Below are positions 19,035 through 28,025 of a stretch of DNA of 42,046 nucleotides, piece by piece. The stretch is from Slackia heliotrinireducens (lineage in GTDB: Bacteria > Actinomycetota > Aquicultoria > DYIV01): assembly GCA_020723435.1 (NCBI GenBank), contig DYIV01000006.1, positions 2,329 through 44,374 on the forward strand, given 5' to 3'. The notes under the pieces were generated by a model. It had not been told where the DNA came from, did no database searches, and worked only from the letters and a program-made list of their open reading frames with translations. The position numbers and the translations under genes are program-made. How positions within the stretch are numbered: position 1 is the stretch's first letter; each line of letters starts with the position of its first letter.

Positions 19035-20168
19035 CTAGTCACTGAACTTCTTCTGGAACCTCGTCACGCTCGCGGTGAAGATCACCGCGCTGAATATCAC
19101 CAGCGCAACCATCTGCGGCCACAGCGTCTGCCATCCCGCGCCCTTCAGGAAGATGCCCCTGACGATGACGAGGAAGTACTTGAGCGGCACCGCGTAGGAC
19201 ACGATCTGTATGATCTTCGGCATATTCTCAACGGGGAAGACGAAGCCGGAGATGAGCATGGCCGGGAAGATGGCGAACATCGTCGTCAGCATCGCCTGCT
19301 GCCGCGTCTTGGAGATGGTCGAAATGAGCAGCCCCTGTCCCAGAGAGGCGAAGACGTAGAGCAGGCACGTGAAGTACAAGAACGCGATGCTTCCGCGGAA
19401 GGGTACGCCGAACCAGAAGACGCCGACCACCAGAATGAGCGTGATCTGCACGAACGCCACGATCGTATAGGGAATGAGCTTGCCCAGAATCAGCTCCCCC
19501 CGCCGGATGGGCGTGACGATGAGCTGCTCCAGCGTCCCCTGGTCGCGCTCGCGCACGATCGCCTCGCTGGTCAGAGATATCGTCGACAGGGTCAGGATGA
19601 ATGCGATCAGGCCCGGGACCATGAAGTTGACGCTCTTCATGCTCGGGTTGAAGAGTACTCGGACCCGCGGATCGACCGTCGGCGGGCGCGCGCCGAGGTT
19701 GGTCAGCGTGCGCAGCTTGGCCTGGGCGATGCCGTTCGACTGCCGGCCGATAATCAGCGTTGCGTAGTTGCGCGCGACACTCGACGCGTTCGACTCCGTG
19801 CCGTCGACGATGATCTGTACCACCGCGGTTCGGCCCGCCGCGATGTCGTCCGCGTAGCCGTTGGGAACGGTCAGCGCGATGATCGCATCCCCGGCGTCGA
19901 GCAGCTTCGTCACCTGGGCCATATTGTCCGGATAGTAGTTGACGTCGAAGTAGCCGGCGTTGGAGAAGCTCGCTACGAGCCGACGTGACTCAGCCGACTT
20001 GTCGTGGTCGATCCCCGCCATCGACAAGTGCTTCACATCTGTCGAGACGACGTAGCCGAAGAGCATCAGCTGGACGATGGGCAACACGATCAGCATGGGC
20101 AGCATCCCGCGGTCGCGCCGAAGCTGGAGAAACTCCTTCTTGATGATCCTAGACAGCCGCTGCCACAT
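19035..20168 (-). CDS. ABC-2 type permease (YbhR-like)
   Basis: KKEFLQLRRD, RERDQGTLEQLIVTP, SGFVFPVENMP. Confidence 0.9.
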   Translation of the reverse strand: MWQRLSRIIKKEFLQLRRDRGMLPMLIVLPIVQLMLFGYVVSTDVKHLSMAGIDHDKSAESRRLVASFSNAGYFDVNYYPDNMAQVTKLLDAGDAIIALTVPNGYADDIAAGRTAVVQIIVDGTESNASSVARNYATLIIGRQSNGIAQAKLRTLTNLGARPPTVDPRVRVLFNPSMKSVNFMVPGLIAFILTLSTISLTSEAIVRERDQGTLEQLIVTPIRRGELILGKLIPYTIVAFVQITLILVVGVFWFGVPFRGSIAFLYFTCLLYVFASLGQGLLISTISKTRQQAMLTTMFAIFPAMLISGFVFPVENMPKIIQIVSYAVPLKYFLVIVRGIFLKGAGWQTLWPQMVALVIFSAVIFTASVTRFQKKFSD

Positions 20169-20174
20169 GAGGCA

Positions 20175-21305
20175 TCACATCTTTTTCTTGAACATCAGCG
20201 CCGACGCGACGATGGTCAGGGTCGAGTAGATGACGAGCGCGAGGATGTTGGGCCACAGAATCGAGGGGCCCGTTCCCTTCAGAAAGACTCCGCGCAGGAT
20301 GGACAGGTAGTAACGCGCCGGCACGAGATAGGTCGCCCATTGCAGTACGACCGGCATGTTGCGAATGGGGAATACGAATCCCGACAGCATGAAGCCGGGA
20401 AGAAACGACAGGAATGTGGCCATCTGATTGGCCGTCTGCAGCGAGCTCGACATCGTGGAGATGATGAGACCCAGGCCCAGTGAGCCGAAGATGAACAGGG
20501 CGGATGCTATGGCCATCACGATGATGCTTCCCCGGAAGGGCACGCCAAAGAGGAATATGCCGACCAGGCTGACGAGGATGATGTCGATGATGGCTATTCC
20601 CAGGTAGGGGCCGATCTTGCCGATCATCAGCTCATAGCGTTTGACCGGAGAGGCGATGAGCTGCTCGATGGTCCCGTACTCCTTCTCTCTGACGACGGCC
20701 ATCGCCGTCTGCACGATGGCGATGTTCATCATGATGATCGCGATCAGTCCGGGCAGCAGGAAGTTGACCGACTTCATGTCGGGGTTGTACCAGACACGCA
20801 GGCGAGGCTCGATCGGTTGGATGCCCTCAGCGGCGACAAGGCCGCGCCGCTCGAACGCCTCCGCCACGACCTTGCCCGACCAGAACTGCGCGATCGCCGC
20901 GGAGTAGCCGGCCGCGGTCTGGGCGGTATTCGGATCCGAGCCGTCGATGAGGACCTGCACCGGAGCCTTGCCCCCCTTGGCGATCTTCTTGGCGAAGCCG
21001 GCCGGGACTCTGATGATCACCTTGTCGGCGCCCTCCGTGAGCACATCGTCGATCTGTTTCTCGGTCGAGAGGGTTCTGTCGATCGCGAAGTATCCGGATG
21101 CCGAGAAGGACTGGACCAGCTGGCGGCTCGTCGTCGTCTTGTCCTGGTCGAGGACGGCGGTGGGGATGTTGGTGATGTCGTAGTTCAGAGCGTAGGAGAA
21201 TAGGATGAGCTGGATGAGCGGCATGCCGAAGACGCTCATGATGATTCTGGGATCGCGAAAGATGTGGACGAACTCCTTGCGGCCTATGGCGAAGATGCGG
21301 CTCAC
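20175..21305 (-). CDS. ABC-2 type permease (YbhS-like)
   Basis: KEFVHIFRDP, WYNPD, REKEYGTIEQLIASP. Confidence 0.9.
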   Translation of the reverse strand: MSRIFAIGRKEFVHIFRDPRIIMSVFGMPLIQLILFSYALNYDITNIPTAVLDQDKTTTSRQLVQSFSASGYFAIDRTLSTEKQIDDVLTEGADKVIIRVPAGFAKKIAKGGKAPVQVLIDGSDPNTAQTAAGYSAAIAQFWSGKVVAEAFERRGLVAAEGIQPIEPRLRVWYNPDMKSVNFLLPGLIAIIMMNIAIVQTAMAVVREKEYGTIEQLIASPVKRYELMIGKIGPYLGIAIIDIILVSLVGIFLFGVPFRGSIIVMAIASALFIFGSLGLGLIISTMSSSLQTANQMATFLSFLPGFMLSGFVFPIRNMPVVLQWATYLVPARYYLSILRGVFLKGTGPSILWPNILALVIYSTLTIVASALMFKKKM

Positions 21306-21368
21306 TGCAGCTCCCGCCCCGTCTTCAGAGTGAAGCTGCGGCTCACTGTGGCTCCCGCCTCGTCTTCA
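21291..21368. repeat. 37-bp direct repeat (period 41, 33/37 identical) duplicating a stop/start junction
   Basis: 21291-21327 vs 21332-21368. Confidence 0.8.
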
Positions 21369-22281
21369 ACAGGTCGATGAACGCGCTCTCCATCGACACC
21401 CTGGCCGGGTTGATCGCCTCGATGCGAATGCCGTTCTTCTTCAGGAAGTCCTCAAGCTCGGGGAGGGCCTTGGCGGGACTGTCCACGCGCACCTGCAGCA
21501 GCTCGCCGTACATGTCGACACTGCTGACCAGGTCGTTCTTCTGAAGCATCGCCATCGCTGGACGCAACGGGTCGGCCTTGATCTCGACGAGGCCACCCTC
21601 CAGCCGCGCCTTGATTCTGGAAGGCGTGTCCTCGAGGATGATCTTGCCGTTCTCCATGAACGCGACAGAGCTGCAGCGCTCCGCCTCATCCATGTAGGGC
21701 GTTGCGATGAACATCGTGACCCCGCGCGCGTGGAGGTCGGAGAGGATTCGCCAGAAGTCGCGGCGTGAGACGGGATCGACGCCGGTCGTCGGTTCGTCGA
21801 GGAACAGGATGTCAGGCTCGTGGATGAGCGTGCACGCCAGCGCGAGCTTCTGCTTCATGCCGCCGGAGAGGTTCTCCGCGCGCAACTGTGTGAACTTCTG
21901 CAGCCGGCTGAAGGCGAGCAGCTGCTCGGTGCGCTCTCGCTTCTTTGCCGCGGTCACGCCGAAGAGGTCGGCGAAGAAGTTGAGGTTCTCCATGACCGTC
22001 AAGTCGCGGTAGAGGGTGAACTCCTCCGGCATGTAGCCGACGCGAGGCTTGATCGCCTCAGACTGGGTGACGATGCTGTAGCCGGCGACATGGGCATCCC
22101 CGCTCGTGGGCTCGAGGATGGTGGCGAGCATCCTGATCGTCGTGCTCTTGCCGGCGCCGTCTGGTCCGATCAGGCCGTAGATCTTGCCCTTGGGCACCCT
22201 GAGCGACAGCGAGTTGACCGCGACGGTGTCGCCAAAGACCTTGCGCAGGTCGGTTGCCTCTATCGCGTAGTCGTTGGTCAT
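21343..22281 (-). CDS. ABC transporter ATP-binding protein (YbhF-like)
   Basis: GPDGAGKST, LSGGMKQKL, LDEPTTGVDP. Confidence 0.92.
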   Translation of the reverse strand: MTNDYAIEATDLRKVFGDTVAVNSLSLRVPKGKIYGLIGPDGAGKSTTIRMLATILEPTSGDAHVAGYSIVTQSEAIKPRVGYMPEEFTLYRDLTVMENLNFFADLFGVTAAKKRERTEQLLAFSRLQKFTQLRAENLSGGMKQKLALACTLIHEPDILFLDEPTTGVDPVSRRDFWRILSDLHARGVTMFIATPYMDEAERCSSVAFMENGKIILEDTPSRIKARLEGGLVEIKADPLRPAMAMLQKNDLVSSVDMYGELLQVRVDSPAKALPELEDFLKKNGIRIEAINPARVSMESAFIDLLKTRREPQ

Positions 22282-22325
22282 GCCGCTCGCTCGCGGCAGG
22301 TTGAGAACGACATCCTCCCTCTCTT

Positions 22326-23096
22326 CTACTCGAAGGCCACGTCAGCGGGCATGCCGGGCTTGAGCTTCTGCCCCAGATTGACCAGCGTCACGGTCGTACG
22401 AAACACCTGCTTGACGCGCTGCTCTTTCGTCTCGATGTTGCCCGGCGTGAACTCGGCCTGGGACGCGATGCGCGTGACCTTGCCGTCGAAGGCCTCACCG
22501 GGATACGAATCGACGCCGACCTTCGCCGCCTGGCCGATCTTGACCAGCCCCAGCTGGGCCTCTGGAACGAAGACGTCGACGTGCACCGTGCGCAGGTCGC
22601 CTACAACTGCCACGATCGTGCCGGGCGTGGCGTTCTCGCCCGCGCTCACCGGCACCGACAAGACGATGCCCGCCTGCGGCGACTTGATGGCCGCGTAGGA
22701 TAGCTGAACCGCCGCCATCTGGTAGGCGACGTTTGCCTGGCGAAGCTGTGCCTTGGCCGCCGCGATGTCTGCGTTCGTTCCGTCGTCTCGAGTCGCCTTC
22801 AGGGCGGCGCGGGCGGCGGAGATGCCGGCCTTGGCCTGTTTCACCTGGTCGGCGAGGAGCGCGTAGTCGAGACGGACCAGGGTCTGACCCTTCTTGACCC
22901 GGTCTCCCTCGCTGACGGCGACCGAGGTGATGCGTGCCGCGGTCTGGGCGCTCACCTCGATCTCGGTCGCCTCAATCGTCCCCGAAGCCGCGAGCCCGCC
23001 GTTCTGGGCCTCCTGTTGGGACAAGACGTAGTACGCGATGCCGCCGACCGCTGCGACGACCACGACGAGTATGATGAATCGAAACGCCTTCTTCAT
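22326..23096 (-). CDS. HlyD-family membrane fusion protein (YbhG-like)
   Basis: TM anchor, ASGTIEA, EGDRVKKGQ, AEFTP, LKPGMPAD. Confidence 0.9.
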   Translation of the reverse strand: MKKAFRFIILVVVVAAVGGIAYYVLSQQEAQNGGLAASGTIEATEIEVSAQTAARITSVAVSEGDRVKKGQTLVRLDYALLADQVKQAKAGISAARAALKATRDDGTNADIAAAKAQLRQANVAYQMAAVQLSYAAIKSPQAGIVLSVPVSAGENATPGTIVAVVGDLRTVHVDVFVPEAQLGLVKIGQAAKVGVDSYPGEAFDGKVTRIASQAEFTPGNIETKEQRVKQVFRTTVTLVNLGQKLKPGMPADVAFE

Positions 23097-23104
23097 GGGG
23101 CCTC

Positions 23105-24475
23105 CTAGCGTATGCTGATCCGTGCATCCGCGGGCATCCCGTCCTTCAGGATGCCGTCGGGATTGTCGACGAGAAGCGTCACCGCTTGGACATTGGAGAA
23201 GTACATCCGCTCCGTGGCCGTGTTGGACGGAGCGAACTCGACGGTCGATCCGATCAGATCGACACGTCCCGGAAGGGATCGATTCGAAAACGTGTCGATG
23301 CTGACCTCGGCCTCCTGGCCGAGTCGAACCATCCTCACTTCGTCCGGCGGCAGGTACAGAAACAGTTTCGCGCTGCCGGCTCGGGAGATCGTCACCAAGG
23401 GCTGGTTTGAGAAGGCAAGCTCGCCCGCCTGCGCCGTGACGTCAACGACCACTCCGGCGCCCGGCGCGCGAACGAGAGCCTTCGCAAGCTCGGTCGCGCT
23501 GGCCGCGACGGCGGTGCGGGCCAGGCTCACGTTGACCCGCGCGAGCTTGTGAGCGGCTGCCAGGCGTCTGCGTCCCTTGTCAATCTGTTCCTGCGCGTCG
23601 TCGAGCTTGGCCTCGGCCGCCTTGAGCTTGGCCGCGGCCGTTTCAAGGGCCGCGAATCCCGCCTCGAGCTGCGCCCGTCCCCTCGCCAGCTCTGCCTCGG
23701 CGGCCGCCAGCTGCTCTTTGAGCTCGGCCGGGTTCGGGAGTTTCGGGATCTTCGGCGCCGGAGCCGGGACAGGCGTGCCGCTTGTCGGCGGCGAGGGCAT
23801 CGGAGGAATCGGCGGCAGCGGCGGAGTCTTCATCTTCGACAGCTGGGCCTTCTGGGCAGCGAGCTCTCGCTCGCCTTCGGATATCTGCGCCAGGCCTTCG
23901 TTGAGCTGGGCGCGTCCTTCATCGAGTTGGTCCTTGCCCTCGGCTATCTGCTCCCGGGCCTGGTCGAGTTCCCGCTGCTTCTGCTCCAGCTCTGCGATTC
24001 TCTTCTCCACGATGAGTACGTTGGCTCTGGCTTGGGAAAGGACGGCCCTATTCCGCTTCAGCGCCAGTCGCAGGAGCCGATCGTCGATCCTGGCCAGCGG
24101 CGCACCCGCCTTGACCGTCTCACCTTCCGTGACGAAGAGCCGTGTGACGATTCCGGTCGGCGTGATCGGATTCGTCGCGATCTGTGAAGGAATGCGGGTC
24201 GAGCCCGAGCCTGAGGCCAGTGCGGTCGCCTCGACTCGCGCATCGACGCGAGCCGTCACCGCGAAACCGTCGAGGAGATTCCGTTGCTTCGCGAAGCTGT
24301 TCATTGGGACGACGACGGGCGGGGCCGTGATGCGTGGCGTAGTCACCGTCCACTGCTCGGTGTCGACGACGCCCGACGCGTAGACGGTCCCGAGCGGCGC
24401 CGGGCTCATCGCCGACGTGACGGTCGCCTGGAACAAGAACAAGACAGTGAGGCCGATAAGGAGGTCCCTTCTCAC
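23105..24475 (-). CDS. HlyD-family membrane fusion protein with long coiled coil and Pro-rich insert
   Basis: EGETVKAG, EFAP, LKDGMPADA. GTG 24475 follows GAAGGGAG. Confidence 0.8.
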   Translation of the reverse strand: MRRDLLIGLTVLFLFQATVTSAMSPAPLGTVYASGVVDTEQWTVTTPRITAPPVVVPMNSFAKQRNLLDGFAVTARVDARVEATALASGSGSTRIPSQIATNPITPTGIVTRLFVTEGETVKAGAPLARIDDRLLRLALKRNRAVLSQARANVLIVEKRIAELEQKQRELDQAREQIAEGKDQLDEGRAQLNEGLAQISEGERELAAQKAQLSKMKTPPLPPIPPMPSPPTSGTPVPAPAPKIPKLPNPAELKEQLAAAEAELARGRAQLEAGFAALETAAAKLKAAEAKLDDAQEQIDKGRRRLAAAHKLARVNVSLARTAVAASATELAKALVRAPGAGVVVDVTAQAGELAFSNQPLVTISRAGSAKLFLYLPPDEVRMVRLGQEAEVSIDTFSNRSLPGRVDLIGSTVEFAPSNTATERMYFSNVQAVTLLVDNPDGILKDGMPADARISIR

Positions 24476-24488
24476 CCAGGCTCCCTTC

Positions 24489-25136
24489 TCATCTCGGCTC
24501 ACTCCGCACAAGGAGGCCGCCAAGCGCCAGATCGGCGATCTGGTCGCGCACGTCGTCGATTCTGTAGGGCTCCTGGAAGCGTATGGTCAGGATGTGGAAG
24601 TGAAGGATCATGCCGAGGACGGCGCGCACGGCGACGTCCGGGTCGACGTCGCGGCGAAACTCGCCGGCCGCCACGCCTTCTCTGACAATCCCCTCCAGCA
24701 CGTCCAGGTACTCGGATCGAAACCTCTTCAGCCGTCTCATCGTCTTGGGTGGGGGCTTACCCCTCTCGGGCATTATGAACTCGACGAGCTCCCGGCCGGC
24801 CGCGAGCCACCCCATCAGGGCGCTGACAAGCGAGCGCAATCGATCGGCGGCCGGCAGGTCGGCCGAGGCCAGCTCACCGGCCTGCTCGATGAAGCGGTCG
24901 AGGTGAGCGTCGACGACGAGCAGGCCCAGATCCTCCTTGCTCGGCGTGTGGTAGTAGAGCGTCGCCTTGCCGATCCGCGCCGCGTCGGCGATGTCTTGCA
25001 TCGTCACGCTCGAGTAGCCTTTCGTTGCGAAAAGGTCGGACGCGGCTGCGACAATCTGTCGCTCGGTCTGGCGACTGCGCCTCTGGCAAAGCTTCTTCTT
25101 CAGGTCCCGCACCTCGCTAGGGTTTCGAGCTCGCAC
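24489..25136 (-). CDS. TetR/AcrR family regulator
   Basis: AASDLFATKGY..TMQDIADAARIGKATLYYH..SKEDL HTH. Start must lie downstream of the promoter (25136 or 25112). Confidence 0.9.
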   Translation of the reverse strand: MRARNPSEVRDLKKKLCQRRSRQTERQIVAAASDLFATKGYSSVTMQDIADAARIGKATLYYHTPSKEDLGLLVVDAHLDRFIEQAGELASADLPAADRLRSLVSALMGWLAAGRELVEFIMPERGKPPPKTMRRLKRFRSEYLDVLEGIVREGVAAGEFRRDVDPDVAVRAVLGMILHFHILTIRFQEPYRIDDVRDQIADLALGGLLVRSEPR

Positions 25137-25145
25137 CTCGCTATG

Positions 25146-25232
25146 TTTCGACCCGGCGGTCGAAAAGAGTGGTGAGATCACTATAGGCCGCTCACTGCTG
25201 GTGTCAAGACTTTTCGACCGGTCGGTCGAAAA
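25146..25232 (-). promoter_or_regulatory. Sigma70 promoter flanked by two TetR-type operators
   Basis: TTTCGACC-N4-GGTCGAAA at 25146-65 and 25212-31; TTGACA(25207-02)-N16-TATAGT(25185-80). Confidence 0.75.
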
Positions 25233-25351
25233 ACCAACACGGAGGCACGCGCCCGCATCGATGCGCTGGGCGAGGTTCGACGCTCCAGCCCCGGGTGCGC
25301 TAAACTACGCAGCGACATGCCCCAACCCCGCACCGGCAGAGGTGATACATC

Positions 25352-27268
25352 TTGGCAGACGAAATCGGCGTAGCTCTTCCCGACGGCTCGTGGCTGCAGG
25401 TCCCTGACGGCGTCACCGTTGCCGACGTCGCCGCCGCGATCGGTCCGCGCCTCGCCGCCGACGCCATCGCCGGTAAGATAGAGGGCCAGCTCGTTGATAT
25501 GAGCGCACCCGTCATCGACGGCGCGCGCATCGAGATCGTCACGCCGAAGTCGGCCGAGGCGCTGGAGATCCTGCGTCACAGCGCGTCCCACGTCATGGCA
25601 GAAGCGGTGGGGCAGCTCTTCAACAACGTCAAGTTCGGCATCGGCCCGGCCGTCGAGAACGGCTTCTACTACGACTTCGATCTGGAGCGCACGCTCACGC
25701 CCGAGGACCTCGAGGCGATCGAGTCGAAGATGCGCGAGATCATCTCCGCCGACTCACCATTCACCTGCCGTCAAGTAACGATTGACGAGGCGCGCGAGGC
25801 ATTCGCCGGCCAGCCCTACAAGCTCGACCTGCTCGAGGAGATGACCGACGAGCAGGTCGGCGTCTACACACAAGGTGGCTTCACGGACCTGTGCCGCGGG
25901 CCGCACGTCCCGTCGACCGGCAAGATCAAGGCGGTCAAGCTGACCAGCGTCGCCGGCGCGTACTGGCGCGGCAACGAGAAGAATCCCATGCTCCAGCGCA
26001 TCTACGGCACCGCCTTCTTCGCGGAGAAGGACCTGGCGGCCCATCTGGAGATGCTTGAAGAGGCGGCGAAGCGAGATCATCGCAAGATCGGCAAAGACCT
26101 CGATCTGTTCAGCTTTCACGACGTCGTCGGCTCCGGTCTGGTCATATATCACCCCAACGGGGCGATGCTGAGGCAGCAGCTCGCCGACTTCATGCTCGAG
26201 CAGCTCAACCGGCGTGGCTACCTGCAGGTCATCACGCCGCACCTATACAAGGCCGATGTCTGGAAGATATCGGGCCACTACGATTTCTACCGCGAACACA
26301 TGTACTTCTTCGAAGTCGAGGGTGCCGAGTACGGCGTCAAGCCGATGAACTGCCCCGGCCACGTTCTCGTCTACGCCAACGAGACCCGCTCCTACCGCGA
26401 CCTGCCGCTTCGCTACGCGGAGATGGGCACGGTCTATCGTCACGAAATGAGCGGCGTCGTGCACGGGCTCATGCGCGCACGCGGCTTCACCCAGGACGAC
26501 GCACACATCTTCTGCCGTCCCGACCAGCTCAAGGATGAAATCAAGATGTGCCTGGAGGAGGCCCTCTTCGTCATGGAGACTTTCAACTTCGGATGGTCGA
26601 TGGAGGTCTCGACCAAGCCGGAGAAGTCGATCGGAGAGGAAGAGAGCTGGGCGCACGCCACCGAGGCGCTGATGGAAGCGGCCCGGGACATGGGCCTGGA
26701 GTTCGACATCAACGAGGGCGAGGGCGCCTTCTACGGCCCCAAGATCGACGTCAAGCTGAAGGACGCCATCGGCCGCACCTGGCAGTGCGCCACGATCCAG
26801 GTCGACTTCAACTTCCCGGAGCGGTTCGACCTGGAGTACATGAGCGCCGACAATCGTCACGAACGGCCCTACATGATCCATCGCGCGATCTTCGGTTCAA
26901 TGGAGCGCTTCATCGGCGTGCTGGTCGAGCACTACGCCGGCGCCTTCCCGACCTGGCTCGCGCCAGTGCAGGCCGTGCTCATTCCCATCGCCGACCGCCA
27001 TCTGGACTACTGCAATGAAGTGAGTGAGAAGCTGCGAGCCGCCGGAATCCGTTTCGAGATCTACGACGAGAAAGAGACGGTGGGGGCGAAGATCAGGAAA
27101 GGGCAGCTCCAGAAGGTGCCCTACATGCTCGTGGTGGGGGACAAGGAGATAGAGGCGGGCGCTGTCGCCGTGCGTCTGCGTGATGGCACCGACAAGGGGC
27201 CGGTTCCGCTGGGGCGGTTCATCGACGAGACGTCGCTTGAGATTGCCGCCCGGCGCGGCCGCGACTAG
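25352..27268 (+). CDS. thrS: Threonine--tRNA ligase
   Basis: TGS domain, LRHSASH, DLCRGPHV, GAYWRG, KPMNCPGH, FTQDDAHIF, GAFYGPKID. Confidence 0.97.
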   Translation: MADEIGVALPDGSWLQVPDGVTVADVAAAIGPRLAADAIAGKIEGQLVDMSAPVIDGARIEIVTPKSAEALEILRHSASHVMAEAVGQLFNNVKFGIGPAVENGFYYDFDLERTLTPEDLEAIESKMREIISADSPFTCRQVTIDEAREAFAGQPYKLDLLEEMTDEQVGVYTQGGFTDLCRGPHVPSTGKIKAVKLTSVAGAYWRGNEKNPMLQRIYGTAFFAEKDLAAHLEMLEEAAKRDHRKIGKDLDLFSFHDVVGSGLVIYHPNGAMLRQQLADFMLEQLNRRGYLQVITPHLYKADVWKISGHYDFYREHMYFFEVEGAEYGVKPMNCPGHVLVYANETRSYRDLPLRYAEMGTVYRHEMSGVVHGLMRARGFTQDDAHIFCRPDQLKDEIKMCLEEALFVMETFNFGWSMEVSTKPEKSIGEEESWAHATEALMEAARDMGLEFDINEGEGAFYGPKIDVKLKDAIGRTWQCATIQVDFNFPERFDLEYMSADNRHERPYMIHRAIFGSMERFIGVLVEHYAGAFPTWLAPVQAVLIPIADRHLDYCNEVSEKLRAAGIRFEIYDEKETVGAKIRKGQLQKVPYMLVVGDKEIEAGAVAVRLRDGTDKGPVPLGRFIDETSLEIAARRGRD

Positions 27269-27293
27269 CCGATCCGCAAGACGTCAGACACCA

Positions 27294-28025
27294 CTATCCC
27301 GAATCGGTCATCTCCGACGGCTTGACCTGCAATCGCTTGAGCAGGCTGATGCAGGCGACCGCCAGTCCGATCGCCGCCAGCATCCGGTAGAACTGGATCG
27401 GCAGGCCCAAGATCACGGTTGGTGCGGGGTATCCGCTCGTTATCGCTCCCGCGAGCACACCGTACGTGGCCAGGCAGATCGCCGCTGTGAGAGTATCTCG
27501 CGCGCACTCGCGCATGTTGAGCGCCTGGCACCTGCGCGACAGCATGTAGAAGCCGTACCCACCAAGCAGCGCTCCCGGAAGCCCGATGAGGAGCCGGATC
27601 GCGCGCTCCACCGCCGATATCTCCAGAGCCGACGCGCCTTCCGCGTACAAAGAGAGAAGCCCGGCCGCCAGCCCAATCAGTCCGAAGACTCCAAGCGTGA
27701 TCACCGATCGATAGATTCTCGGATCCCGAATCGAGATCGCCAGGCCGAACTGGAGCAGAAGGATGAAGGATGCTGCCAGCAGGGTCAGCCGGATCGCGCC
27801 CAGGGCGCTGCCCGGGGTGGCTTCCACGCCGGGCAGTCGAAGGCCGACGTCGACTACGTCTGACAGACCGTGTACAAAAGCGAACATGCTCAGCAGACGC
27901 AGGTGTGCGGCAACGCCCAGCCGCGCGGTGCGTTCACCGTAGAGCCAGAGGGACACGCCCGTTACGAGCCACGCTCCTCCATACACGGCGTAGACAACAA
28001 GCAAGCCGACCTCGCGGAAACTCAC
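27294..28025 (-). CDS. Stand-alone multi-pass membrane protein resembling a sensor input domain
   Basis: About 7 TM helices with FAFVHGLSD and GLPIQFYR motifs like N-terminal domains of membrane sensor kinases; no output domain. GTGA overlap with the upstream regulator. Confidence 0.6.
   Translation of the reverse strand: MSFREVGLLVVYAVYGGAWLVTGVSLWLYGERTARLGVAAHLRLLSMFAFVHGLSDVVDVGLRLPGVEATPGSALGAIRLTLLAASFILLLQFGLAISIRDPRIYRSVITLGVFGLIGLAAGLLSLYAEGASALEISAVERAIRLLIGLPGALLGGYGFYMLSRRCQALNMRECARDTLTAAICLATYGVLAGAITSGYPAPTVILGLPIQFYRMLAAIGLAVACISLLKRLQVKPSEMTDSG

Noticed and set aside
25108-25151. Short tandem duplication CGCACCTCGCTA..TTTCGA at the tetR start
   Set aside because: Only makes the start codon ambiguous; no evident function.
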